Shown here one piece after another: positions 1 to 11,504 of a stretch of DNA of 64,000 nt (positions within the stretch are counted from its first letter, which is position 1; the number at the start of each line of letters is the position of its first letter). The notes under the pieces are model-generated. The model was not told where the DNA came from. It worked only from the letters and a program-made list of their open reading frames with translations, and did no database searches. The stretch covers positions 96,001 to 160,000 of the forward strand of contig CBDCJV010000002.1 in assembly GCA_965217895.1 (NCBI GenBank). The letters are read 5' to 3'. The position numbers were made by a program, and so were the translations under genes. This DNA comes from Waterburya sp. (GTDB lineage: Bacteria > Cyanobacteriota > Cyanobacteriia > Cyanobacteriales > Xenococcaceae).

Positions 1-221
1 AATGTTTTTGGATGAAAATGCCTATTCACTACGTTCATCATCAGAACAATCAATGGGACAGTAACTTCGGATTAGCTGTAGACTGGTGGGATCATATTTT
101 TGGAACTTATCAGCCTGTAGAATGGCTTGCTAAGTATGAATTAAAATTAGCAAATTCAAAACATTCGAGAGTGCGATGATGGTCATGCCGAGCCAGACTT
201 CAAGCCGCAGTACGACGATGA
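1..221 (+). CDS. 3' part of a sterol desaturase / fatty acid hydroxylase family protein (5' end outside window)
   Basis: Manual translation from position 3 gives [36 protein letters not shown]..., with HxxHH and NFG...WD.IFGT motifs. Stop TGA at 219-221 overlaps the 3' end of mtnA. Confidence 0.7.
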
Positions 222-1258
222 TCGATTAAAAAGTCAGGTTTAATTACTCCTTTTTCGGTAATAATCCCTGTAATTAAACTGGCAGGGGTGACATCAAAAG
301 CAGGGTTGTAAAACTCTGCACCTTTAGCACAGATATCGATATCATTAATCTGATATATTTCTTGAGGATCTCTCTCTTCAATCGGGATTTGACTACCGCT
401 AACTAAGTCAAAATCAATCGTCGAAAAGGGTGCAGCGACGTAAAAAGGCACTTGATGAGCCTGGGCAGCGATCGCCAGTGAATAGGTGCCAATCTTATTT
501 GCAGCATCTCCATTGGCAGCAATTCGATCCGCTCCCACCACCACTAAGTCAATCATCTTTTGCTGCATACAGTGAGCAGCCATACTATCAGCGATCACCG
601 TTACAGGAATATGCTCTTGGACACATTCCCAGGCTGTTAATTTTGCTCCCTGTAAACGAGGGCGAGTTTCGTCGGCATAAACTCTTTCCAGACGTTGTTC
701 TCGCCAAGCAGAGCGAACAACCCCCAAAGCAGTACCATAGCCAGCAGTAGCCAGAGAACCAGCATTACAATGGGTCAAAATTTTTAGCTTCTCTGGCATT
801 TGGGGCAAAATCGTCAAGCCATGATCGCCGATCGCCTGACAGGTTGCCAAGTCTTCAGCTTGAATTGCCTGGGCAGTTGCTAACAAGGTGATTTTTACCT
901 CATCAACAGTGCCGATCTCTTCATAGGCGGTTCTTAACATTCGTGCGATCGCCCAAAACAAATTAACTGCTGTCGGACGAGTCTGGCGTAATGAATCGGC
1001 TACCGCTTCTAGATGTTGCAAAAATTTAGCGCGATCGCTCGTCTTAATTTCTCTTGCTCCCAAATACATTCCATAGGCTGCTGCAACCCCAATAGCTGGC
1101 GCACCTCGTACAATCATAGTTTTAATTGCCTGCGCCATATCAGAGCTACGGCTAATTTCCACCATAGTATATTCCCCGGGCAAACGAGTTTGATCGATTA
1201 ATAATACTTTGTCTTCTGACCACAAGACAGGATAAATATGATTTGCTGCTAGGTTCAT
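200..1258 (-). CDS. mtnA: S-methyl-5-thioribose-1-phosphate isomerase
   Basis: Motifs [54 protein letters not shown]. Confidence 0.96.
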   Translation of the reverse strand: MNLAANHIYPVLWSEDKVLLIDQTRLPGEYTMVEISRSSDMAQAIKTMIVRGAPAIGVAAAYGMYLGAREIKTSDRAKFLQHLEAVADSLRQTRPTAVNLFWAIARMLRTAYEEIGTVDEVKITLLATAQAIQAEDLATCQAIGDHGLTILPQMPEKLKILTHCNAGSLATAGYGTALGVVRSAWREQRLERVYADETRPRLQGAKLTAWECVQEHIPVTVIADSMAAHCMQQKMIDLVVVGADRIAANGDAANKIGTYSLAIAAQAHQVPFYVAAPFSTIDFDLVSGSQIPIEERDPQEIYQINDIDICAKGAEFYNPAFDVTPASLITGIITEKGVIKPDFLIDHRRTAA

Positions 1259-1655
1259 AGAAACGTCAACTTATTGAATTACATTACACTTACACTGTAA
1301 ATCTTAGCTGCTTATTATTTTATATTGAACCTCTAGAAGATTTTTTGTAAAAGGATAAAATTCTTCTATTGGTTAGATATTGTTGCAGCATTCCTCGCCA
1401 GCAATTTCCACCATTTTCTTGAGTGATTAAATTAATTGGGGTATTTAAAGTAATTGAACTACCCCTCTACCTCACCATCTTTTCCATCTCCAGCATCTTT
1501 AATATTTATTTTACAAACAGTTTCTAAGTTTTTTATTTAGATGCAAATTACTAAAATTACCTTGGTGGGATAGGTTCATGACACTTTATAACTTGCTGAT
1601 AAATTTAGGCTACATAGTGTGAGATTTTTAAGATAGGCGTAAATGTGATCGATAG

Positions 1656-2633
<978 letters not shown>

Positions 2634-2935
2634 TTAGACGGCTAGTTTTTAGCGATCGCGCCAGCATAATTATGCTAAATCCTGTTGGATAGTAGGTAGT
2701 TTTCTTTGACTACAAACGGCTAACTACTTAGATGTCCTCTAAGCAAGCCTTTTATTTACATCCTTATTTCTGGTTTTAGAAAAAATTTAGTTAATGAGCT
2801 TTACAATTACACAGTTTTTCTTACAGTAAACTAAAGAAGAGATAATAAATAAAAAATAGCTTAAACCTGCCAAAGCGAATTAAAAGCTCGTAATATATAT
2901 ATTTTGGGGAACGATTCTAGGAGACCATTGCACAC

Positions 2936-5209
2936 ATGGGAAAAGTAGTCGGCATAGATTTGGGAACAACCAATTCCGTAGTAGCGGTAATGGAGGGTGG
3001 TAAACCCACAGTAATTGCCAATTCAGAAGGAATGAGAACTACCCCCTCTGTAGTTGGCTTTAATAAAGATGGAGAATTGGTAGTTGGGCAACTTGCCAGA
3101 CGGCAAAGTGTTCTCAATCCAGAGAACACTTTTTATGGTGTTAAAAGATTTGTTGGTCGTCAGTATACTGAACTGCAACCAGAGTCTAAACGAGTGCCGT
3201 ACACCATCAAGCGAGACGAGTTGGGCAACATCAAAATTCGCTGTCCTAAACTAAAAAAAGAATTTGCCCCCGAAGAAGTTTCGGCGATGATTCTACGGAA
3301 GCTAGCAGAAGAAGCAGAACGTTATCTAGGAGAAGAAATTACTGGTGCAGTAATTACCGTACCTGCTTATTTTAATGACTCCCAACGCCAAGCAACTAGA
3401 GATGCAGGGCAGATTGCAGGGTTAGAAGTACTACGCATTATCAATGAACCGACTGCTGCTGCCTTAGCTTATGGCTTAGATGAACGTCGTCCCCAAACTA
3501 TTATGGTATTTGACCTGGGGGGAGGAACATTTGATGTTTCGATTCTTGATATTGGTGAAGGCGTATTTGAAGTTAGAGCTACCAGCGGGGATACTCAACT
3601 AGGGGGAAATGACTTTGATCGCCGCATTGTAGACTGGCTAGCTGAAGAATTTCTCAAGCAGGAAGGAGTCGATCTCAGAAAAAGCGATCGCCAAGCTCTC
3701 CAAAGGCTTACAGAAGCAGCAGAAAAAGCCAAGATTGAACTATCTGGCGTATCGGTCACCGAAATCAATTTACCCTTTATCACCGCCACCGAAGATGGAC
3801 CTAAGCACATTGAAATTAAGCTAAGTCGGGCAAAGTTTGAAGAACTTTGTGGAGATTTGGTTAGTCGTCTGCGTCGTCCTCTTAAGCGGGCAATTTCTGA
3901 TGCGGGCATTGGTCCATTAGAAATTGATGAAGTAGTTCTAGTCGGTGGTTCAACCCGCATTCCCATGGTGCAGGAATTGGTTCGTAGCTACATCGATTTA
4001 GAACCCAATCAAAACGTTAACCCTGATGAAGTAGTGGCTATTGGTGCTGCCATCCAGTCGGGTATTATGACTAACGAAATCAAAGATATTCTCCTGCTAG
4101 ACGTTACGCCCCTCTCTCTTGGCTTAGAAACTATTGGGGGCGTAATGAAAAAGCTGCTGCCCCGCAATACTACTATTCCTGTCCGCCGTTCAGATATTTT
4201 TTCCACAGGTGAAAACAATCAAACAGTAGTCGAAATTCATGCCCTCCAAGGAGAACGGGAAATGGCAACTGGTAACAAATCCCTGGGCAGATTTAAGCTA
4301 ACGGGTATTCCTCCCGCCCCCAGGGGTGTACCTCAAGTTCAGGTGTCTTTTGATATTGATGCCAACGGTATTTTGCAAGTTACCGCACGGGATAAAACTA
4401 CTGGTAGAGAACAGGGAATTACGGTTTCTGGTGCTTCAACCTTGAGTAGTTCTGAGATCAAACGGATGATTGACGAGGCAGACAAATTTGCCGAGGAAGA
4501 TCGCGCTCGAAGAGAGAGAGTTGAAAAACGCAATCGCGCCAAAGCATTGACAGATCAGGCACAGAGAAAACTAAAAGAAGTAACCCTTGATTTTGGTAGT
4601 CAATTTGCTGGCTACTATCGCCGTCGCATTGATGTTTTGTGTGAAGACATCTTGAAAAGCTTAGAACAAGATGATGAACGCAATCTAGATAGGGCAGAAG
4701 CAGATTTGCAAGACACTTTGTATGAGCTAAATCGTGAGGTTAGGCTGCAATACGAAGACGAGGAGGACGATGACTTTTTAGGCGCAATTAAGAAGACATT
4801 CTTGGGAGATGACGATAAATTTGATGAGGATTATGCCTACGATCCTCGCGCCTCTGATTACTACGGTGGCAACGATAGTTATGGCTATCCCCCAGAACGT
4901 GGTGCTGCTCGTCCCAATACAGGATACGATAATTATGGTGGAGATTATGGCACGCAGCCCCGTCGTCCTGCTGCCAGATACGACGATCCTTATGAAAATA
5001 AAGGTTATGGCACGCAGCCTCGTCGCCCTGGCTATGACGATCCCTACGGCAGTTCAGACCCGTATGCACCTAAAAGAGAACCACGTAGAACTAGTCGTAG
5101 TAGTCGTGACAACCTACCGCCCCAAGACCGTTACAATGGTCGCAATGCTACCCGCAGCAATATGCCCTATGAAAATGACTGGGATGATGAGGACGATGAA
5201 TGGTTTTAA
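2936..5209 (+). CDS. dnaK: DnaK/Hsp70 chaperone, cyanobacterial DnaK3-like with long acidic, Tyr/Arg-rich C-terminal extension
   Basis: [19 protein letters not shown] and [10 protein letters not shown] signatures; ends [10 protein letters not shown]; followed by a J-protein gene. Confidence 0.95.
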   Translation: MGKVVGIDLGTTNSVVAVMEGGKPTVIANSEGMRTTPSVVGFNKDGELVVGQLARRQSVLNPENTFYGVKRFVGRQYTELQPESKRVPYTIKRDELGNIKIRCPKLKKEFAPEEVSAMILRKLAEEAERYLGEEITGAVITVPAYFNDSQRQATRDAGQIAGLEVLRIINEPTAAALAYGLDERRPQTIMVFDLGGGTFDVSILDIGEGVFEVRATSGDTQLGGNDFDRRIVDWLAEEFLKQEGVDLRKSDRQALQRLTEAAEKAKIELSGVSVTEINLPFITATEDGPKHIEIKLSRAKFEELCGDLVSRLRRPLKRAISDAGIGPLEIDEVVLVGGSTRIPMVQELVRSYIDLEPNQNVNPDEVVAIGAAIQSGIMTNEIKDILLLDVTPLSLGLETIGGVMKKLLPRNTTIPVRRSDIFSTGENNQTVVEIHALQGEREMATGNKSLGRFKLTGIPPAPRGVPQVQVSFDIDANGILQVTARDKTTGREQGITVSGASTLSSSEIKRMIDEADKFAEEDRARRERVEKRNRAKALTDQAQRKLKEVTLDFGSQFAGYYRRRIDVLCEDILKSLEQDDERNLDRAEADLQDTLYELNREVRLQYEDEEDDDFLGAIKKTFLGDDDKFDEDYAYDPRASDYYGGNDSYGYPPERGAARPNTGYDNYGGDYGTQPRRPAARYDDPYENKGYGTQPRRPGYDDPYGSSDPYAPKREPRRTSRSSRDNLPPQDRYNGRNATRSNMPYENDWDDEDDEWF

Positions 5210-5256
5210 AAACGTTGCCGATTGAAAGTATTGGCTCAAAAGTGTTACTGTTCATA

Positions 5257-5333
5257 GCTATGAGCTTCAGAGCTATTAGCTATTAGCTAAAGACTAAGAA
5301 CTAACAACTAAGAACTAAGAACTAACAACTGAA
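5257..5333. repeat. Short tandem heptamer repeats (STRR-like: AGCTATT, ACTAAGA/ACTAACA)
   Basis: agctattagctattagct followed by actaagaactaacaactaagaactaagaactaacaact, read directly between dnaK and dnaJ. Confidence 0.8.
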
Positions 5334-5336
5334 GAT

Positions 5337-6206
5337 ATGCCAACAGTGCGTAACTATTATGAAATGCTGGGCGTTGATAAAAATGCCCCTAGTAATGAGA
5401 TTAAGAAAGCTTATCGCACATTAGCCATTAGATATCATCCCGATCGCAATTTGGGAAATAAAGCTGCTGAAGAAAAATTTAAGGACATAAATGAGGCGTA
5501 CGAAGTACTATCAGACCAAACTAGGCGCGTACAGTACGATCAGTCTATTAGCCGTAAAAAAGGGTCTGCCTTTGGCAATTTTGGGCGGAATAATCGCGAC
5601 AATTCCAGAGGAGGCACGAGGGTAGATAGTCAAGACTATCGCCCTGAAAGAACTAAAAGAGAAAGGGTAGTACCGACCCGTCCTCAGAGTCGAGATATTG
5701 AGGCAAAATTAACCTTGGGCTTAGATGAAGCATATCGGGGAGGCAAAAGAAAGATTCGCCTCGAAGACGGTAGATCTTTAGAAGTAGAAATGCCGACTGG
5801 CATGATTGATGGGCAGCGCATTCGCCTTAAGGGGCAGGGTATTGAAGGGGGAAATCTTTATCTCAAAATTACCGTAGCACGCCATCCCTTCTTTGAGATT
5901 CAAGGAGGAAATATATATTGCCAAATTCCGATTACGCCTACAGAAGCAATTTTAGGTAGTGCGATCGAAGTTCCCACTATTGATGGCTTAGTTAAGGTTA
6001 GCGTACCTAACGGAGTGCGATCGGGTCAACGTCTGCGCTTGGCAAATAAAGGCTATTTTGATAAATCGGGTAATAGAGGCGATCAGCTAGTAGAGATTCA
6101 GATCTTTACCCCTAAAGAAATTAGCCCTGAAGAAAAAGAGCTATATGAAAAACTACGGGAATTAGAACAGTTTAATCCTCGCCAAAACATTATTAAAAAT
6201 TTATAA
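5337..6206 (+). CDS. dnaJ: DnaJ-class co-chaperone (J domain plus C-terminal domain, no zinc finger)
   Basis: NYYEMLGV...YHPDRN J domain with HPD; DnaJ_C region IRLKGQG...GDQLV. Confidence 0.9.
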   Translation: MPTVRNYYEMLGVDKNAPSNEIKKAYRTLAIRYHPDRNLGNKAAEEKFKDINEAYEVLSDQTRRVQYDQSISRKKGSAFGNFGRNNRDNSRGGTRVDSQDYRPERTKRERVVPTRPQSRDIEAKLTLGLDEAYRGGKRKIRLEDGRSLEVEMPTGMIDGQRIRLKGQGIEGGNLYLKITVARHPFFEIQGGNIYCQIPITPTEAILGSAIEVPTIDGLVKVSVPNGVRSGQRLRLANKGYFDKSGNRGDQLVEIQIFTPKEISPEEKELYEKLRELEQFNPRQNIIKNL

Positions 6207-6359
6207 GCTGGTTAAATTGAAAAGTTTTATTTATCATCAGTATTTTTAACTATCTGTTTATCAGGCAAAAAAAGCGGGATGCAATCGCGCTATGATTAAT
6301 AATCTTGAGTTAATAAATGATAATTGTTAAACACTACAGCTAAAATGCTTGAGCGGCTA

Positions 6360-6848
6360 CTAGTCAATAAGTTGAGCAGTCTGGGCAAAATTTTGGATAA
6401 ACTCTAGATTCCAATTAGCGATGCCATATTGCTGTAAATTGACTTGTCTTCCTTGAGATGTTGAAGTAAACAACTCTATTTGTAGATAACTCTCTGGTTT
6501 AATTATAAGTCTTTCTGACCATTCGATCGCCGTAATACCAGGCGCAACTTCAATGCCTGACCAATATATCTCAGGATAAATACTATCAACCTGACTTGAT
6601 TCTAAACGATATAGATCCAAATGATATAGAGGCAAACGACCATCTAAATACTCATTGATCAAAGTAAATGTCGGACTAAGTATAGGTTCAACGATATTTA
6701 AACCTCGACCGATTCCCTGAACTAAAGTGGTCTTACCTGCGCCCAAATTACCTGAAAGTAAAATGTTGCTCCCCGCTGGCAGATGTTTACCAAGGAGATA
6801 GCCAAGATTTTGAGTATCTTGATGGCTTGATAAAAATATGGTTAACAT
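6360..6848 (-). CDS. tsaE: tRNA threonylcarbamoyladenosine biosynthesis ATPase
   Basis: GNLGAGKTT, SPTFTLINEY, HLDLYRL, IEWSE. Confidence 0.95.
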   Translation of the reverse strand: MLTIFLSSHQDTQNLGYLLGKHLPAGSNILLSGNLGAGKTTLVQGIGRGLNIVEPILSPTFTLINEYLDGRLPLYHLDLYRLESSQVDSIYPEIYWSGIEVAPGITAIEWSERLIIKPESYLQIELFTSTSQGRQVNLQQYGIANWNLEFIQNFAQTAQLID

Positions 6849-7148
6849 GGCTTACAAATAGGAGTCTAAAGACAAAATGACTAAAATATCCACTATGAAT
6901 TGTGATTGTTTTAGTCAAATTAAAAAGTTCATCAAAATTTTACAGTAATTAGCAGAACACAACACATTTCCTTTATATTCAGTTGATATATTTATCAATA
7001 AGCCAAGTAACTTTAAGTCGGGATAGCAGCAAACCAAGATAGATTAATTAGACTGTTTTGTATTGTTGCTCCCCTTACCTCTTTTGACCATTATCAATAT
7101 TTCTTGAGTTAGCCAGAAGTAACCTCTACAATCATAGCTTCTTAAGCG

Positions 7149-8492
7149 TTAAATTTTGGGTTGCCACTTGCCACTGTACCATCGTAATAAAACTCTAGCT
7201 AACTGACTAGAATTGTGGCGCACGTGACCGCGAATGGGATCTTCATCCATGACGTTTGCCATAACTATACGGCGGTTGAGTTCAGCAATTTCCTGACGGT
7301 CTAGATAAACTGGATGAGAATTTTCTAGGGCATAGCGTTGTAAAGATACTGTGGTGGGGGGTTTGCGATGCACCAAAACAGCATCAAATAGTTTAACCTT
7401 GCTGACGCGATCGATTTCCTTAATGTGATCGGCAACGCTGTAACCTTCGGTTTCCCCTGGTTGAGTCATAATATTGCATACATATATACGCGGAACATTA
7501 GCTTTGGCGATCGCATTTCTAATTTCAGGAACGAGAAGATTAGGAATAATGCTGGTATAAAGGCTACCTGGTCCGATAATAATATATTCTGCTTGTTGAA
7601 TTGCCCTAATCGCTGCGGGAAGAGCGGGAGGATTGGCTGGCATACAGCCAATAGTTTTAATTTTGCCCTTTGCTTCAGGGATGTTAGATTCCCCTTCAAT
7701 TATCCTGCCATCTTCCATTTCTGCCCACAAACTAACGTCACTCAGGGTAGAAGGTAAAACTTTACCGCTAATTGCCAACACTTTAGAGCTAGCAATTACA
7801 GCCTGTTCTAAGTCACCCGTAATTTTACTCATGGCGGTCAAAAACAAATTACCAAAACTATGACCAATAAGACCATCTCCCGCTTCAAAACGATACTGGA
7901 ATAGCTCGGTGAGTAATTCTTCCTCGTCTGCTAATGCGGCTATGCAGTTGCGAATGTCTCCTGGTGGCAGCACGCCGATTTCTCTTCTCAATCTGCCTGA
8001 AGAGCCTCCATCATCGGCTACTGTGACGATCGCCGTAATGTTGCTACTATACTCTTTTAAACCTCGTAACAAGGTTGACAAACCAGTCCCGCCACCTACT
8101 ACCACAATTTTGGGTCCACGGTTGAGACGACGGCGAGCGTGCAACATATCTACTAGCTTTTTATCTTTACCAACTCCTAAAACGTCTGTAATTGATTCAA
8201 CGGTGCGAGATTGCCCCAAATATAGGAGAAAGACCCCCGCAATTAAAACTATGGGTCCTGAAATATAGTTGGGAATAACGGTAGTTAAAAATTCTAAAAT
8301 TCGGGAAACAAAAGATAAAATGCGATAAATTGGCGTTAGCTTACTCCAAATAGCAGTACCAACCACAGCTAAACAAAAACCGCCAGCACTCAACAACAGC
8401 CAGCGTTTGATAAATAATCCAGGTGCCAGCCACTTAAAGACTTGATTTCTGCTGCGAATATTCTTCTTGATTGGAGAAGATGAGTTTTTCAT
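7149..8492 (-). CDS. yvcK: YvcK/CofD-like gluconeogenesis factor with cyanobacterial N-terminal TM segments
   Basis: [49 protein letters not shown]. Confidence 0.9.
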   Translation of the reverse strand: MKNSSSPIKKNIRSRNQVFKWLAPGLFIKRWLLLSAGGFCLAVVGTAIWSKLTPIYRILSFVSRILEFLTTVIPNYISGPIVLIAGVFLLYLGQSRTVESITDVLGVGKDKKLVDMLHARRRLNRGPKIVVVGGGTGLSTLLRGLKEYSSNITAIVTVADDGGSSGRLRREIGVLPPGDIRNCIAALADEEELLTELFQYRFEAGDGLIGHSFGNLFLTAMSKITGDLEQAVIASSKVLAISGKVLPSTLSDVSLWAEMEDGRIIEGESNIPEAKGKIKTIGCMPANPPALPAAIRAIQQAEYIIIGPGSLYTSIIPNLLVPEIRNAIAKANVPRIYVCNIMTQPGETEGYSVADHIKEIDRVSKVKLFDAVLVHRKPPTTVSLQRYALENSHPVYLDRQEIAELNRRIVMANVMDEDPIRGHVRHNSSQLARVLLRWYSGKWQPKI

Positions 8493-8646
8493 CTCAGTTT
8501 GGGGATATTATTTATTTACCAAGCCAGAGTAGTTATCATAAACAAACATAAACGATTTAGCTTGAAACGACCTAAGAGATTGAAATAACTATTAACACCT
8601 CAATGATTGCCAAGCTAAGAATTGCCAGATTTATCTACCCCAGCCA

Positions 8647-9150
8647 GTGACAGAAATCAAAATATTAGGATTAGATCCAGGCATAGCTACATTGGGATTT
8701 GGCACAATTATTTGTCAACAATCGAGCAAAATTGATTCTACCTCAGTCAAGTTAGATGATTTTGGGATCATTAAAACTCAGGCAAAAACTCCTTTGGGCG
8801 ATCGCCTTTGTATTATATATGATGATCTTCATACTTTAGTCAATGAGATCGAACCCGATTTAGTGGCGATCGAAAAATTGTTTTTTTATCGGATGAGTCA
8901 TACGATTACCGTGGCTCAAGCAAGAGGAGTATTAATGCTCGTCTTGGGTCAGGCTGGTCTTCCCTATGTAGAGTTTGCCCCACCAGAAATTAAGCAGGCT
9001 CTAACAGGATACGGTAACGCTGCCAAAATAGAGGTTCAAGAAGCTGTTGCCAGAGAATTATCCCTTGACTTTATTCCTCGTCCTGACGATGCTGCTGATG
9101 CCTTAGCGATCGCTATAACCGCTTGGTTTCATCAAAATACTAATCATTAA
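8647..9150 (+). CDS. ruvC: Holliday junction resolvase RuvC
   Basis: [35 protein letters not shown]. Confidence 0.95.
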   Translation: MTEIKILGLDPGIATLGFGTIICQQSSKIDSTSVKLDDFGIIKTQAKTPLGDRLCIIYDDLHTLVNEIEPDLVAIEKLFFYRMSHTITVAQARGVLMLVLGQAGLPYVEFAPPEIKQALTGYGNAAKIEVQEAVARELSLDFIPRPDDAADALAIAITAWFHQNTNH

Positions 9151-9166
9151 TTTTGAGAACTTTACT

Positions 9167-10072
9167 TTAGTGAATGCCACATCCTGCCTGAGCAATTTTT
9201 TGAGACTGAGGATCTGAGGTAAATTTTAAAACCGCTGCAAAAGCCTCCTTAGCAGTAGCCGGCTGTTTAAGTTGACAGTAAATAACTCCTTGATATAGCC
9301 AACTCATTATTTTTTGCTCTGGGGCTAAGTTACTAAGCTGTACAATCTGTTCAAAGATTTCAATTGCCTGATTATATTTACCCAAATTATAGAGAGAAAT
9401 GCCTTTTCCCTCTTGAGCCGATATATAGTCAGGAGAGTTTTTTAGAGCTTGATTAAAAGCGGTTAGTGCTGGTGAATATTGATTGAGTTTGAGCAGGCTG
9501 TGACCTTTTTGATTAAAGGCGATCGCTAAATTATGCTTTGCGGTTGAATTTTGAGACTGATATTCTGTAGCTAAGGCGATCGCCTTTTCACTCGCCCCGA
9601 TTGCTTTTTCATACTCTTGAAGTTGGGATAAAACTCGACTTTTATTGAGCCAAAAAGTTGTTTCTTTGCCATTAAGAGCAGTAGCTTGTTCAAAAGCTAC
9701 TAATGCTTTTTTGTACTGTTTTAAATAATACAAAGCCTCCCCCTGACAGTTCCATCCCAAATCAGCTTTTGGCTCGATTAAAATAGCTGTAGAGCAGGAA
9801 TTTAACATTTTTTGATACTGATTTAGACCCATAAAAGCATAGCCACGATTGACCCATATAGAATGTCTTTGCCCTACCATCGTTGGCAATAACTTGTCAT
9901 AAGCATCGATCGCCAAAGAATATTGCTTTAGGTTTAGTAAATTGTTAGCCTGTCGAAATTGTTGAATATAAGCATACTTATCAATTAATTTAAAACTCAG
10001 CCAGCCAAGACTGCCAAAACAAAGCACTAGCAAAATAACTTTAAGAAAATTAGCTTGATTATTAGACTTCAC
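9167..10072 (-). CDS. Tetratricopeptide repeat protein with N-terminal membrane anchor
   Basis: N-terminal hydrophobic helix; repeated TPR-like W.N.G..L...Y..A...F..A units. Confidence 0.8.
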   Translation of the reverse strand: MKSNNQANFLKVILLVLCFGSLGWLSFKLIDKYAYIQQFRQANNLLNLKQYSLAIDAYDKLLPTMVGQRHSIWVNRGYAFMGLNQYQKMLNSCSTAILIEPKADLGWNCQGEALYYLKQYKKALVAFEQATALNGKETTFWLNKSRVLSQLQEYEKAIGASEKAIALATEYQSQNSTAKHNLAIAFNQKGHSLLKLNQYSPALTAFNQALKNSPDYISAQEGKGISLYNLGKYNQAIEIFEQIVQLSNLAPEQKIMSWLYQGVIYCQLKQPATAKEAFAAVLKFTSDPQSQKIAQAGCGIH

Positions 10073-10260
10073 ATTTTTAGTAACTTTTTAAACGTCCTAT
10101 CTATATATAACTCTAACAGACCAACTTGGCTGCCAAAAATGGGATTTACAGTAAATTTTAAAGGTCACGTTTAAGCCAGAATTAGCTTAATTTACATCAG
10201 GGGTTATCAATAATTGTAAAATTGTCATAGCACCTAATATTGAACTGACAAAATACTTTT

Positions 10261-11493
10261 ATGACTGCTACTCCTATTAAAGCTTCAGCAAATGTACCAG
10301 ATGAGCTAGGGCGTTTTGGTCCTTATGGGGGAAAATATGTGCCAGAAACATTAATGCCCGCTTTAGCTGAACTTGAAACTGCTTACAACCAATACAAAAA
10401 CGATCCTGAATTTACCGAAGAGCTACAGGGGTTATTAAAAGATTATGTTGGTAGAGCTAATCCTCTTTATTTTGCTGAGCGTCTCAGTCAACATTATGCT
10501 CGTCCTGATTTTCAACCTGAAATTTACCTTAAAAGAGAAGACCTAAACCATACGGGGGCGCACAAAATTAATAATGCGATCGCTCAGGCTTTATTAGCAA
10601 TTCGCATGGGCAAAAAGCGCATTATTGCCGAAACAGGGGCAGGACAACACGGAGTAGCCACAGCCACCGTCTGCGCTCGCTTTGGCTTGGAATGTATTAT
10701 TTACATGGGCGTAGAAGATATGGAAAGACAAAAGCTAAATGTCTTTCGGATGCGTCTTTTAGGAGCAAGGGTTGAACCTGTTTCAGCGGGGACGGGTACA
10801 CTCAAGGATGCTACTAGTGAAGCAATTCGAGATTGGGTAACTAACGTTGAAAGCACTCACTATATACTAGGTTCGGTAGCAGGCCCTCATCCATACCCGA
10901 TGATGGTGAGAGACTTTCATGCTGTAATTGGCAAAGAAACCCGTGAGCAATGTAGGGAAAAGTGGAACGGACTGCCCGATATTGCGATCGCCTGTGTCGG
11001 CGGTGGTTCAAATGCGATCGGACTTTTTTATGAATTTATCCCCGAAAAGAACGTGCGTTTAATTGGTGTCGAAGCAGCAGGAGAAAGCGTGGCTTCGGGC
11101 AAACACGCTGCTACTTTAACCGAAGGAAAACCAGGAGTGTTACACGGTGCCATGAGCTATCTATTACAAGATACTCAAGGACAAATAATTGAGGCACATT
11201 CAATCAGTGCTGGCTTAGATTATCCTGGGGTTGGACCAGAGCATAGTTATTTAAAAGATACCAAAAGGGCAGAATATTATGCCGTTACCGATACCGAAGC
11301 GATCGCCGCCTTGCGTCTTTTGTCAGAATTAGAGGGCATTATTCCCGCCTTAGAAACTGCCCATGCTTTTGCCTATTTAGAAAAACTCTGTCCTCAGTTA
11401 ACAGGAAAACAAAGAATTGTCTTTAACTGTTCGGGCAGAGGTGACAAAGACGTACAAACCGTAGCCAAGTATTTAGGACAGGAATTCTCTTAA
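10261..11493 (+). CDS. trpB: Tryptophan synthase beta chain
   Basis: [53 protein letters not shown]. Confidence 0.97.
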   Translation: MTATPIKASANVPDELGRFGPYGGKYVPETLMPALAELETAYNQYKNDPEFTEELQGLLKDYVGRANPLYFAERLSQHYARPDFQPEIYLKREDLNHTGAHKINNAIAQALLAIRMGKKRIIAETGAGQHGVATATVCARFGLECIIYMGVEDMERQKLNVFRMRLLGARVEPVSAGTGTLKDATSEAIRDWVTNVESTHYILGSVAGPHPYPMMVRDFHAVIGKETREQCREKWNGLPDIAIACVGGGSNAIGLFYEFIPEKNVRLIGVEAAGESVASGKHAATLTEGKPGVLHGAMSYLLQDTQGQIIEAHSISAGLDYPGVGPEHSYLKDTKRAEYYAVTDTEAIAALRLLSELEGIIPALETAHAFAYLEKLCPQLTGKQRIVFNCSGRGDKDVQTVAKYLGQEFS

Positions 11494-11504
11494 TCCAGAT
11501 AGAT

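Noticed and set aside
4809..5225. 138-aa alternative-frame ORF overlapping the dnaK tail
   Set aside because: It is a shadow of the repetitive GAT/TAT-rich tail; no RBS or family motif is evident.
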